DNA of 64,000 bases, taken from the NCBI RefSeq assembly GCF_009914755.1, contig NC_060928.1; one strand, written 5' to 3'. How positions within the stretch are numbered: position 1 is the first letter of the stretch; each line of letters starts with the position of its first letter. Source of the DNA: the human T2T-CHM13v2.0 reference genome, Homo sapiens. The notes below the pieces were generated by a model. That model searched no databases. It was not told the DNA's origin and saw nothing but the letters and a program-made list of their open reading frames with translations. This document shows, piece after piece, positions 1 through 15,348 of this stretch. A program made the position numbers and the translations under genes.

Positions 1-917
1 ATTTTTCCTTTCATTACTATTGCCTAATAGTAGTTTTTTAAAAACCCCATAGTGTTCATATAGTAATTGGAAACACCATCTACACATATATGATGAAAAA
101 TTAGAAGAGAATAACTTACTGAGATCTCAAAAGACAATACTGATTCAGGCAGTAGCTTTCTGTTCTTCCCACTCCGCCCTGCATCCCCCTCCCCGCCCCC
201 CGTCCCCCGCCGCCCCTTTCAGCTAGGTCCGTTTGTGTGTTTAAAACAAAAGTGCTTTTTTCCCACCCCTTCCTTTTGGGTGTGGCAGATTTACACCATC
301 AGGCCCTGAAGAGAGGAAAAGTGTGGGGAAAGACAGGATGTGTTTTATGACCAGATAAGCTGTGGCAAGCACGGGATGAAAGAGTCCAGTAGCTTTTGAT
401 TTTATTTTTCTCTGATTTACCATGTATTCTGTGATCAAATAAAACAGGCTAAGAAACACTGATACGTTCAAAATCTTCCCGCCGTTTGTGTGGGCCCACA
501 CGTCTATTTGTTCTGTTCCCAATGGGGAAACCTTGTTGGCAGTTACAGCTGCCGGGTCTTCTCTGGAGCCGATACTGTTACAGTTATAAATACACTCCGG
601 GATGATTTACCCCCGGAGGTCAGCTAGTAAAATACATGAGTAGAATTCCTTAAAGTATGTGATAATTGCTCATCACTATCCAAGTGTGACATAAATCATA
701 AAAAGAATTGACAAAATCAGGGTCGCAAAGAGAATTGAAAAAAATCTGTCACAACCAAAATTTAAATTGACCTCTGTCCTAGAGTATGAGAGCCACACTG
801 AACAGAAAAACCAGATAAATCTTTTATAAAATATTCATTTGCAGCCCCATTAACGTTGCTTGTCACCCCACCTCCCCATGTCCTTGGACAAACTGAATGT
901 ATAGTAACATCATCCCA

Positions 918-1241
<324 letters not shown>

Positions 1242-2267
1242 TTATACTGTCAAGCTCAAGGTGTCTGCAGCCTTATCTTCAGGGGAAGTTGTGTCTTTCT
1301 CAGGGAAGATACAGATTTCAATTTAGAGCAAGACAGAGAGAAGTTACATTCAGAGAGGAAAATGCAGTAGTCTAACTGAAATGAAAAACAAAACAAAGAG
1401 TCGTGGTATCACCATTATTATGCAGTCACATTTGAGAAGTTCTGGACAAAAAATAAAACACAAAACAAGCAAGATATATTTTAAAAAGAAGCATAATTAT
1501 CTTTCTTGTACATGATGATTGGATCTCTGGGAATCCAAAGGGATCAGCTTAAAGGCTGCCTGATATGATTAGCTCAGGAGAGTGGCAGGGTATGAAATAA
1601 ATGAACAAAAATGAAAAGCATATCTTTCATAGCCAGTGAGAAAGTACACTGGGCAAGGAATGCTCATTTGTAATAACACAAAAATATAAACTATGTGGGA
1701 ATAACCTCAGATAAGTGTCTATGACCTATATGCAAAAAACTATTAACATTTTAAATACTAATTTTAAAAATCCAGGCATCAGTCAGAGGCCCAGAAAGTG
1801 GTGGGCAGAGAGGACAAGAGAAAAGGCTGGGCTCCAGCCTACCTCAGTGCTCTTAAGGGCATGGGGCAGGTGGATTCCAGCCATTTCTGTGCTTTGGAAA
1901 AGCTGCCTGATGGTGTTTTAGTCTTTGCACAAGCTGCATCCTCACTAGTCCTGGCCCAAACTTTTGGCTATAGGAGACAGGTACACCCCAACGTGACCCC
2001 TGGACCTTAAGAGACTACACCCTCCAGCAGTGCCTGGGACTCTTGTAAACGGAGGAGTCAGTAGAAATGTAGTTGCTTTGGACTTACTGAAAGGACTAGC
2101 TAGTGGTGACAAGCTGAGGCACCAGCACTACGAAGGCCACTGAGCTGAGGACAGAGGCAAGTGGATGCCGTGGAGACATGTACGTACATGATGTTTACTA
2201 TTATATAAAAGTAAAGAAGCAAGGGGAGAAAAGACCCTATGTGTAAACACATCAAAACCATTGTGTT

Positions 2268-2554
2268 GGCAGGGTGCAGTGGCTCATGCCTGTAATCCCA
2301 GCACTTTGGGAGGCCAAGGTGGGCAGATCACCTGAGGTTAGGAGTTCGAGACCAGCCTGGCCAACATGGTGAAACCCCGTGTCTACTAAAAATACAAAAA
2401 TTAGCTGGGCTAGTGGTGGGTGCCTGTCATCCCAGCTACTCGGGAGCCTGAGGCATGAGACGAGGGGCAGAGACTGCAGTGAGCCGAGATTGCGCCCCCG
2501 CACTGCAGCCTGGGTGACAGAGCGAGACTCAGTCTCAAACAAACCAACAAAAAA
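2268..2554 (+). mobile_element. Alu (AluSx-like, short right-arm deletion)
   Basis: Alu consensus; TSD-like AAAACCA(TT/CC)GTGT. Confidence 0.9.
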
Positions 2555-2580
2555 CCACCGTGTGAACTGTGGATTATGTG

Positions 2581-2915
2581 CAGGTATATAAGGCCGTATC
2601 CGAAACCTTGGGAACAGAAATGTTTTAGAATTAAGACGTGTTTGGATTTTGGAAATGCCACACAATGTACAAATAACATATAACACATGTACACCCTACT
2701 GCAGAACCGCCTGGGCATGGTCTAGAATTGCACCCTTTTGCCATAGTTGTGTTTCTGCAGTAAAATATAACACTGTTCACACAAAATGGAATAAACACTA
2801 AATACAGTCTCAGGCGTGTGCAGCTAAGATGATCTTGCTGCCTTAAGAATTATAAACATACTGTGTTTCAGACCCTCATGTCTTTTTGAATTGCAAGTAA
2901 GAGACTGTGGACCTG
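2581..2915. mobile_element. MER46C-like TcMar-Tigger DNA transposon fragment
   Basis: CAGGT...ACCTG termini; internal ATCCGAAACCTTGGGAACAGAAATGTTT resembles recalled consensus. Confidence 0.55.
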
Positions 2916-3732
2916 CATGTTTCTCTTCTCTATTTCTCAAATTTTCTGTAATAATATTGTGGTGAGGTTACAAACATACTGCCATTGGCCACAGATGGAC
3001 AGCCATAAGGCTATCTGTCCTTGCCTACAGCAGCTCCATATTCCCCACAAGGTCCCCACCCCGCTGGATAACGGGTTCTTGCAGAGGTGGGCAGCGTCTT
3101 CACACCAGAGCTCGAGAAGCCAGCCCCCAGCCCCGGGCCTTCTCCCACGTCTCCGTGCCTTGAAAGCTCTCTCCCAACTTGGGTTCTGAGGCAGGGGTGG
3201 AATGAAGGCCTCTGGATATGATTCCTCCCTCTCTCACTCCTTTTCCCCACTGTCCCGTGGAAGTGGAAAGGCTGTGTGACGAGCCCTCGACAGGAAAAGC
3301 GACGCAGTAGGCCGAGGACAGGCCGGCCCTAGGGGATGCCCCCGTGGTGTGTAGACTGCCCCTTAAGTTCACTGAATTTAAACCTAAGCTAATATTTTCA
3401 GGCCTGTGGCACAGCTAGAAACCCAGATGATGGAGGAGTTCCACGGCGTGTAAGGCAGAGATTCGGACTCAGAAATTAGGGAGGTGGCTTCTCACATCCC
3501 ACATGGTAGGAGATGAAGTCTGAGGTGAGAGCAGCGCAGTGGTCTTCTGATCTGATGAGAACGTGTTAGGCTGGTTTCCTGAGGGACAAGTCCATCAAGT
3601 CTGCTGTACAAGCAACATCTCATCCTTATTCCCAATATTAATTAAACCTTTGATATAGCCATGTCCCGGGGTCTTATTTCTGCCTACCTACTAACTCAAG
3701 ATCTTGGGCTCCCAGATTTCCTTTTCCTTTTA

Positions 3733-3870
3733 CTATCTATCTACCTATCTGCCTACCTACCTATCAATCATCTACCTACCTACCTACCTACCTAACCTGC
3801 CTAACCTACCTAGCCTGCCTACCTATCAGGCCTACCTAGGCTATCTATCTACCTACCTATCTATCTATCT
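3733..3870 (+). repeat. Compound tetranucleotide microsatellite (TATC/TACC/TGCC)n
   Basis: Direct reading. Confidence 0.9.
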
Positions 3871-4180
3871 AGGACTTCTAGTAAACACAGGTTCGGTAAG
3901 AATAAACCTTAAGCTTTTTCTTCTTCTACCTGATAGTGTTCTCACAGCAGTTGAAAGAAAATGTTTCAAATGATAAATTATACAGAAAAATAATATTTCA
4001 ATTATATATGTACATGCTGTTTCTGAAGGTATGCTATGTATTCATCTACTGTCTTTATATTGTTTAAATGAAGAAAATAGGTTGCACAACAAACATTTCC
4101 TTACAATAACTCAAATTTCTCAAAATGTGTTAACATCCTACTCAAATTAATCTTTGTTCCTAAGAGGAGAAAAAGTATAA

Positions 4181-4840
<660 letters not shown>

Positions 4841-5542
4841 TAAAATAATAATTAAAACAAGTGAATAACAATGTAATATATGATGCTAAGTTCTATTCAG
4901 AGTATATATCTAGTATTCTACATTTTCCAGGCACTTTAAATGACCTTCACTAAAAAAAACAACTGAGTTTCAAACTTTTGAGTGTCTCAAATCATCCAGT
5001 AAATCATTTTTAGTTATCCAATTTTATGCAGGTGCAGTTGGTAATACAAACCTTCGTATCTGTTCATCTGCAGTCCTTACCTTCTTTAAGTGAAAGAAAC
5101 ACTGTACAGTAAACACATTTGGACCCCTCTGACCTGGCATTCTTGGGAGTGGCAGGTGGTCAAACAAGAATGACAGTGGAGATTAATAAAAGAGTGTTCA
5201 AAAATACCATGTGCACTTTATACCCAAAACGTGTAAAAAAAAGTTATTTCCCAATCTTCTCATTTAGGGCCAGAAGTGATTTAACTAGTGTTCAACCGTG
5301 AGAATTTAGAGTTTTCTTGCATAAACTATGGGCATAAGAATTCCAGATTAGGTTTCTTTAAAATGGAGTTTAAATTTTAAAATGCCCATAAACAATCCAA
5401 GTACAGAATTCTTTCCCCCATATTTTACAGTTGACTTAATATTCTCATCTACTTCGAAACAAGTTTTCGTAGTGACTTGACTTTGAAAGCATTCATTTTC
5501 TTAAAAACAAGCTCTCATGTCTCACTCATATCTCATCAGTTA

Positions 5543-5895
<353 letters not shown>

Positions 5896-6119
5896 TTATA
5901 ATAATCCTTACAGGTGTAGAAAAACTGACTCTTGGTAGGCATACAGTTCAACTGGTGTGAGCCCAAGTGACTGACATTCTAGAGAATGCCTACGGTCTTC
6001 CAACGGTCAGTGCAATGGGCAGTCGGCACGTCTTACGAGGAAATGAAGCGTGTTGGATAAGCAGACCAAACAGCTGTGAGAACGCTGCCACTGTGAGAGC
6101 TTTAAGTGGCCTCAATTCC

Positions 6120-7420
6120 TCTTTTTTGAAGTACACTTTATGTTTTACAATAATTTGAGATGTACAGAAAAGCTGCAAGGATACCACAGAGTGTCCCTCA
6201 GTGTCCCCCACTGTTAACATCACATTATAATAGTATGTTTGCCACAACTAGGAAACCAACATTGGTTCGTGAAAATTACCTAAAACTCTATTAGGATTTT
6301 ACTCATCTTTCCACTGACGTTCTTTTGCTGTGCCAGGATCCCATCCAAGTGAACACACTAGAGTCAGTCACCATGCCTCCTGAGCCTCTTCTGGTCTGCG
6401 GCAGTTTCTCAAACTTCCCTTGTTTTTCATAACCTTCACAGTTTTGAGGAATACTAGCCGTGTATCCTAAAGAATGTCCCCAATCAACATTCATCTGTTT
6501 TACTCATGATTAGACTGGGCTATGGGTTTTAGGGAAGAATACCGAAGAGGTGAAGTGGCCTTCTCATCACATCGTGTCAACAATCACATCATCAACAGGA
6601 CTTTCCACTGAGGATGTGAACAATTACTGGCCATGGCAGCATCCAACAGGCTTCTCCACTGTAAAGTCGCTTCGTTTTCCCCTTCCCATACTCTACTTTT
6701 TGGAAGCAAGTCATTATGTGTAGCCCACATTCAAGAAGGCGTTGGAGGCGGAATCGTCTTCACCAGGGAATATCTACATTAAACATTTGAAATTCTTCTG
6801 TAAAGAAGCATTGTCTTCTGTCTCCCATCTCCCATTTATTTATTTATTCATTCAGTTGTTTATATCAGTATAGACTCATGGATAACTATGTACTGAGTTA
6901 TAATCCAACAGTACCTGAGTTAGTTCCAGTTTTGGCCATTGGGAGCTCTTTCAGGTTAGCTCCTGGGTCCCTTTCACATGTCCTATCCTTCCACTTACTG
7001 GAACAAGTACCAGTACCTTGTTCTGGTACTACACGATGCTCTAGGCTCATCTTGTATTTTCCCTGCCCCAGCCCCAGAATCAGCAATGTCTGCAAGGAGC
7101 CCTGGTTTCTTTCACTAGAGAATGGTATTAGAAACCCGGATCTGGGTACTGGGTGTGTTCATTGTTACTGCGGTGTCACTGCTTTAGGCCCTCTCACAGC
7201 AGGCAGAGCTAGGACATATGTATATGCATAACCCATGTATACACACACACCTATAATTATTTCTGCTTCTATCCATCTGAATCTGTATTAAGCTAACTAT
7301 GAATTCTTATTGACATCTTGGACAAATCCATTACTACCTGGCTCATTTTAGCCTTTTCTACTAATCTGTAACTTCCCTCTCCAACAATAAGAAACTTGGC
7401 TCCCTCCATCAATTGGTTTA
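6120..7420 (-). mobile_element. Old L1 (L1MC-like) 3' region
   Basis: Resembles recalled antisense L1MC 3'UTR (AATAATTTGAGATGTACAGAAAAGCTGCAAG; GGCTCATCTTGTATTTTCCCTGCCCCAGCCCCAGAATCAGC). Confidence 0.65.
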
Positions 7421-8274
7421 ATATTAAGGACTAACTTTCTACCTTTTTCTCTACTTCATCTAATTTTACAAATTTATCATCTGTAATTTCCACATTTCAT
7501 TGAAAGGAATATATAACCAGGAGGAGAAATAACAAAAATATGAAATACCTTTCAAGTTCTCCAAGTTCTTATCACAACAGTGAAGAAGTGAACATTTAAA
7601 TCTAGTCACCATTGAGACCACTGGACCCTTCTGATTACAGGCTCTCAGGAAAGTAAACATCATCAAAAGAGGATAACTATACTTTGTCTTTTCTTTTTGC
7701 CACAATATCCTGTTGCAGCAGTTGTTTAGAATAACTATCCAATTTATCATCTTCCCCAAGAAGTTTGAGTTATCAAGGCTGGAAGAATTTATGTTAAAGA
7801 GAAAGAATTTCTTTGTAAGAAATTCTTCCGTTTTTACAATTATTAGGGTAATGGGTTTCTTGACAGTGGCATTGCAATGAAGCCCAGAATTATATTTGAT
7901 TAATTCAAGTCATCTTAAATCTGTAGATGTTTAAAAAAAAAAACTTAAAAAAAATTTATGGAAATTCCAGATCTGGTTATAACCTTCTGTCTTTGAAAAG
8001 TTGTCATATTTGGAATATTATCACCTTCAGTGTATGAACGATAGAAGTATTATTGCCATAATATCATTATTAATTAAAATATCGTTACTTCTAAGGCTCA
8101 GTGGACTCTGGTCAGCATTGATATACCATGGGTGCCTGGCTGGCAATAAACAAGACATCATATTCAGAAATGCTTGATGCGTTTGACTTCAATGCTTTGG
8201 CGTTATGATATTCTCAAGGGATTTAAAAAATACATGTGAAACCAGGCCAGCTACTGGGATTTTTAGTTTTCAGT

Positions 8275-8559
<285 letters not shown>

Positions 8560-8849
8560 GAGATTTTTAGTTTTACATTATTTCACTTGCTTTAGAGCTG
8601 AAGTTTTCTATGGCATTACTAAACGTATACAATCCAATTAATGTTTTAAAGTAGGAATGAGTAGGTATTCTCAATTACTCCTCCTTTCAATACTGTGCCT
8701 TTTGGTAATGCTTTCCAGTGTTTTCTTGGTCAATAAGAAACAGGAAAACCACAGCAAGCAAGAAATAGATAAAATTAGCTTATCGGTTCCACCAACTACT
8801 TTTAATAATTTTCACCTGGCACAATTCACTGATGCAAGAGTAATTACTT

Positions 8850-9157
<308 letters not shown>

Positions 9158-9248
9158 CTCAAGAGTAATTACTTGAATAAGAAGTACTAGGTTTAGTATT
9201 GCGGGAGATTCAATTCCAGGAACAAGGCTACACTGACAGTCATTATTA

Positions 9249-9613
<365 letters not shown>

Positions 9614-9689
9614 GGCCTTTGGTTTGCATTAAAGAAACCAATCTTAGTAGCCTGAATTGACCAGAGGTGACCAAAATTATTTAAAACAC

Positions 9690-9870
9690 ATAGGTATAAG
9701 AATGTGGGCTCTGGAGTCAAACTGACTTCAAATTCCTGATTTACCTGCTAATAATTACATGACAAGTTAATGGATCTCCCTAAGCCTCAATTTCCTCTTC
9801 TGTAAAATGCAGATAATACCTATGAGCGTTAGTCTTGAGGCACAAGTGCTCAATTAATGTCAATTTGTAA
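9690..9870 (+). mobile_element. MIR fragment
   Basis: GGCTCTGGAGTCAAAC...CTAAGCCTCAATTTCCTCTTCTGTAAAATG core. Confidence 0.7.
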
Positions 9871-10109
9871 TATAATAAACTGGAATAGACGTTAGTGGTT
9901 AATACTTTCTCATTTGTCGGCCTTTCTCTATTTCACATCACAGCTGCATGTGTATCACACACTGCCCCCAGACTGAACTACATATAGTGCTCTCAATACT
10001 GGAAGATATTTTACACTTCTTAGAAATACTCTTCCCTTCCTGGACTCCTTAGCAAACTCTTACTACTCAAGATTCAGCCCACACATCTCTCATCTATTCG
10101 GTCACTTAC

Positions 10110-10260
10110 TCATCATCCAACGTTTTTTTTAACACTCGCTGTAAATGGCATCCTCGTTCTGGAAACGCATCTACCAGCAATTAAAACATGTAGAATTAGC
10201 ACTGCTTAGGAGAACGCCTATAAAATATGCATCTTAGATCATCTTCCGTTTTAGAAAATT
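10110..10260 (-). other. LRP2BP: Candidate non-coding 5' exon of LRP2BP (5' boundary uncertain); 1-10109 would then be LRP2BP intron
   Basis: Minus-strand donor TGA|GTAAGT at 10109-10104; gene identity rests on recalled synteny, no LRP2BP coding exon seen in window. Confidence 0.5.
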
Positions 10261-12254
10261 GATCCCACCTGCTACACGCCTGGTGAAACTCCAGTTACTT
10301 GCCAGTAAGATATTGTCCCCCAAATGTACTTATCCTGTTTTTGTGCATTATAAGCTTTGTTCAGTTTATAGTTTCTAGGCCCATTACTAAAGTCAAGTCA
10401 GATATCCAGCTGAGATACAACTTTTTTTTCTGAAAACAATGTGAGCAATGGACAGGTACGCTGTGATTAAAGGGAGAAAAGCTGTAACGACTCCCCAAAT
10501 TTCCTTTCCTTATGAAATTTACGTATGTAACAGGAAGTTAAAAAATAACTACCACTTAATGCATACTGAACAGAATCTTGTTTCAAAGAAAAGATATGAA
10601 ATATGGAGGCACTTTCACCACACAAATATCCCACTACATATGCTAACTGCAGTATTTATGTTCAAAACTGTAAGAACGTGTCTGATACCCTTTATTAGTT
10701 AGGAATTCCTGAAAATGAACTTCTGTGCAAACCTGAAGCTTCAACACGTGTTTTAAAAAGCAGTGCTTATTGAATTGATAAACAAAAGCGAAACTGGCAA
10801 TATCAACGTGTGCTCACCTCACAAATCTGACAACAGTATCTCTACACTGCCGTTCTTTAAACATCATTAAAAGATATTGTGAATAGTTTAAATATTAAAA
10901 ATGTGGAATATAAGAACGATTCTATATATTTGAACACACATTTATATTCAAATATTCATATGAATAAAAATGCTTAAAACTACCCCTTGGGTAACTAAGT
11001 ATAACAACATAAACTTGCGATTGCAAATTTTATGGCTCTTACTACAAAACAAAAAGTAGAATGAAAAGACCACTTATCTTTAGAGGACAAGCATGAACTT
11101 GTTTTCTAACAGCATAACAATAAACGTATTTATTTCTCCGAGCTTTCAAAGGCATCAACAGAAGGGAATCACTAAAAATGTAGGGGAAAAGAAACACTCG
11201 GCTGGAGCTTTGGTTTCTAAGCAGATCCTTCTGGAAAGACGCTTAGGGAGAGTCTAGGGAGCAGCTCTGACGTCAGTAGCTGCCATCGGAAGTCAGGTCA
11301 TGTTCTACAAAAAGCAGTGACGCACGCCCGACAGCACCCGCGGGGCCGGACAGCGGCTTCACCAGCCCCGCGGGTCCGAATCGCACGCGGCCGGGTCCGC
11401 TCTCCCGGGAGGAGAGCCCGGCGTGGACCAGCGTGACGACCCCAGCGTGCTGCGGCCTCTCCCCGAGGGCCCCTCCACAAGGGTCCCTGCGCGGGCCGGG
11501 CTCGGCCGTTGCCACTCGGGACAGCCATCCCCTCGAGTTCGCGCTCGCCGTCCCCGCCTTCACCTCCCGGGTTGGGAGGCGGGCGACTGCGCGCGAGGTA
11601 AAGGAACTTGCGTTCCCCGGCGCCGAGGCGGCAGCAGCGCAGTGCACAGCGGCTTCTGAAGGCGGCGTCGACGGGGAGCTGCGCGTGGCTCCCGGTTTCC
11701 TGGTTACGTGCGCGCCGGCAGAGCCAAAACCTGCAGCCGAAACTCCCGCTTCTCCGTAAGGATTAAAGGGCGGGCGCACTACCGGGAGACGTGTCAAACT
11801 CAGCGCGCCTCATGGCGGCCGCGGAGCCCCACCCGCTCCTACTCCAGTCCTCTCACGCCCACTGACTTACCCTGCGCACGCGCGCTGAGGCTCCGTGGGG
11901 CCGCCGCGGGCCCCGCCCCGAGGTGGGAGGGCCTGACGCATCCACAGCTGGCCAATCGGCGGATGGCCTCGCGCGCCCGCCCCCTCCCCCTGCCCCCGGC
12001 GCCGGGCTCCACGTGCCAGTGTTTGTGTACGTGCGGCCGTGGCGGGGCTGGACAGGGTCCGGGTCGTTGAGGATTAGGCTGCTCGGGCGTAACCGGAGCT
12101 GGGGCGCGGCTGCCAAGGGCCGGCCCGGAAGTCCCAGCGGTCTTTAAATTCTCCCGTGCTAGGGCCAGCCTGCGCATTCTTACCTGTCGGGGTGCGGCGA
12201 GTGTCTCACCTCTCTGCACTTCCAAGGACTCTTGTCATCTGCCTTAGGCGGGAA

Positions 12255-12281
12255 ATGCTGTTGCTGGATTGCAACCCCGAG
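12255..12281 (+). CDS. ANKRD37: ANKRD37 coding exon 1 (MLLLDCNPE)
   Basis: GAAATGC start; donor GTGAGA at 12282. Confidence 0.95.
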
Positions 12282-12480
12282 GTGAGATTCGGGCTCACAG
12301 AGCCCGAGCTTTTGTCCTGCAGGCTCAAGCTTCTAGATTCGTCTTCTCGTTAATGCGGGGACGGACCACTGGGCGCTGCCTGGTCAGAGCTGGTTGTGAA
12401 GGGCGGGGAGGTTTCCAGCCCGGAGGGGCGCGGGACTGGACAAAGGTGGGAAGGGTGCTGGATCTGTTCTCTTCCTGCAG

Positions 12481-12633
12481 GTGGATGGTCTGAAGCATTT
12501 GCTGGAGACAGGGGCCTCGGTCAACGCACCCCCGGATCCCTGCAAGCAGTCGCCTGTCCACTTAGCCGCAGGAAGCGGCCTTGCTTGCTTTCTTCTCTGG
12601 CAGCTGCAAACGGGCGCTGACCTCAACCAGCAG
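12481..12633 (+). CDS. ANKRD37: ANKRD37 exon 2 (VDGLKH...LNQQ)
   Basis: Acceptor ttctcttcctgcag; donor GTAACT at 12634; 153 nt. Confidence 0.96.
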
Positions 12634-12740
12634 GTAACTAGGTAACTGTTGCTGTGTACAGCCGTCCCCTCCAACCCAGACACACACAAACATTTCTCAG
12701 ACGCCAAGAGTTGTTTCAGCTGTTAAAAACATGTCTATAG

Positions 12741-13062
12741 CAGCGATGTCCAACAGAAATATAATGCAAGACACAGATGTAATTTAAGAGTTTTTTTCCA
12801 GTCTTGATGTGAGGACATGAGAAATTTGAAGTTTTTAAGTAGCCACATTAATAAACGAAACATGAAATTTTAGTATTTGACCCAATTTGTCCAAAATGTT
12901 ATCAGTTCAATATGTAATCAAAGCAATTGCTGATTAGATATTTTACACTTTCTTTTATTCTGTCTTCACAATCTGGTGTGACAGCGCATCTCAAATCAGA
13001 CTAGCCACATTTCAAATACTCTAGCCTTAAGTGGCTGTTGACTATCATATTGAACAGCACAG
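12741..13062 (+). mobile_element. MER33-like hAT-Charlie element in ANKRD37 intron 2
   Basis: CAGCGATGTCCAACAGAAATATAATGC...CTAGCCACATTTCAA...TATTGAACAGCACAG matches recalled MER33 ends. Confidence 0.75.
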
Positions 13063-13270
13063 ATCTAGTTTATTTCAAAAGAAGTAATTGCTACATTACC
13101 AAAAGTCTCCCTGCAGCAATTGAAATACTTAGGAGCTATGTCCACAAGCATTCTAATTTCCTAAAGAGTTTTCTTACTGTAGTTTGCATCTTCCACTGAA
13201 TATTAAAGCATGGTGAATTTTAAATTGTAAACTTTTCTGGAAGAACTCTTTTTATTTGCTTACATTTTAA

Positions 13271-13646
<376 letters not shown>

Positions 13647-14268
13647 TAAAAAGCTTTTGCAGCTTACCGAGGAAAAAAACAAAAATAAAAAGCTTGAATT
13701 TAAAAATTCAGTCCAAAGGAGGAGATTTTTAGAAGGTTCCATACTGAAATGAATATGCAAGCATAGTACATTTCTATGTTTCAAATTAGCCCATGGAGTT
13801 GGCTATCCCTAATGTAATCACTAAAAGTATCTAGAAGATCTAAATAAAGGAATGATCATTTCAGAGCGTATGCTAGAATGCTGAAGTTATAATAGTCCAC
13901 TAGTTACTTAATTCTGCATTTCTGAAGTGTTGCACTTGCAAACGATTATCAGTAGTGTTTTTAATTAGAGGAGATGTTGATGCAGGTTTATATGTATCAA
14001 AAACACATGACTTCTTAGTCTTAAAAGTGACTAAGACTTCTTATTTCTGAAAACAAACCCAAAACCGGAACTGAGAATGAATATTAACAAAATAAACCCA
14101 CGAAAAGTTTTTGGTGTTCTCTGCCAAAAAAAAAAAAAAAAAAAAATTCCCTGTCCAGTACAATGCAGTTCTAACTAGCTTCCTTAAATAGCTAATATTA
14201 AATGTCACTCATCAACTTTCACAAAAAGTGTTTTTGGGAGACTCTAAAATGCACCACCTTACCTTAAG

Positions 14269-14360
14269 GATGTTTTAGGAGAAGCTCCACTACACAAGGC
14301 AGCAAAAGTTGGAAGCCTGGAGTGCCTAAGCCTGCTTGTAGCCAGTGATGCCCAAATTGA
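14269..14360 (+). CDS. ANKRD37: ANKRD37 exon 3 (DVLGEAPLHKAAK...AQI)
   Basis: Acceptor ccttaccttaag; donor GTGAGT at 14361; ankyrin motif in frame. Confidence 0.94.
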
Positions 14361-14901
14361 GTGAGTATGAAAACAGTGGCTTCACATTTTATGTTTTCTT
14401 GGATTAAACTAATCAGACTCCTGAAGCTTAGTTACATGTGCTTTTAAAAATAATGCTTGCGTAATTGATAATTTAGTGTTAATCATTTAAATGTTAACTT
14501 AGGTTGTTGGTGCTATCGAATAATACTCAGTTCGAGTAAGTAAAAAGTCAGATCCTGAGCAATCAGAGGTGCAATTTTGTTCATTATGACTGTATTCTAC
14601 TTCAGTTTCGGTTCAGGAAAACCCATTCTATAGTTCCCATTGACTACCTTTGGGTACTCATACACTGTATTAAACATCAGATAATTCTAACATTCATTCA
14701 GAACTGGAATGCCCGCTCTATGCTGGATTCTGTTAGTTGCTGAGGATACAATAGTGACCAAAAATGCAATTTCCTTATGCATCCTTTACCTCTTCTGTTC
14801 TGCAACCAACATTTGTATGAGCCCAAAATTCCCTTGTAAGATATAAAAAAAAAGACTTAAGTTCAATGTTTCATTTCACTCCGTTTTTATCCTGTTTTCA
14901 G

Positions 14902-15105
14902 TTTATGTAATAAGAACGGGCAAACAGCTGAAGATCTCGCTTGGTCATGTGGATTTCCAGACTGTGCCAAGTTTCTTACAACAATTAAATGTATGCAGAC
15001 AATAAAAGCAAGTGAACACCCTGACAGGAATGATTGTGTTGCCGTGCTCAGACAGAAACGGAGTCTCGGAAGTGTAGAAAATACCAGTGGGAAAAGGAAG
15101 TGCTG
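14902..15105 (+). CDS. ANKRD37: ANKRD37 exon 4 (LCNKNGQTAEDL...GKRKC + TG)
   Basis: Acceptor cctgttttcag; donor GTAAGT at 15106; basic C-terminus RQKR...KRK (NLS-like, inferred). Confidence 0.95.
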
Positions 15106-15348
15106 GTAAGTAACTCAGAGCTGCTGCTTTTTTCCTCCCGCAGTGATCTCTTGTTTGCATAGCATTTATTATTCCATTTAATACTGACACTCGTATTTCT
15201 AGTAGTATTGTTTCATTCTCATTAACATTTTAGTACTGGTTATACTTACCAGAGTCTAGAGACCAAAAATGGGACTGCATGGTGGAAGTTTGGGGATAAA
15301 ACTCTTTTTAAAAAAAAGTTTTTAATGTTAACGTGTTTTTAAAAACAG

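Larger units (their letters stand above)
11260..12640. promoter_or_regulatory. CpG island; bidirectional ANKRD37/LRP2BP promoter with HRE cluster
   Basis: GC/CpG dense; TGACGTCA 11268-11275; TACGTG 11705-11710 and 12028-12033; CACGTG 12010-12015; CCAAT 11952-11956; GC box 11911-11919; ETS CCGGAAGT 12125-12132; TTTAAA 12143-12148. Confidence 0.88.

Noticed and set aside
11273-12225. Overlapping long ORFs (up to 174 aa) on both strands
   Set aside because: Expected stop-codon scarcity in a CpG island; low-complexity Ala/Pro/Arg/Gly content with no recognisable domain
15001-15006. AATAAA inside ANKRD37 exon 4
   Set aside because: Arises from codons ACA ATA AAA; no evidence that it is used
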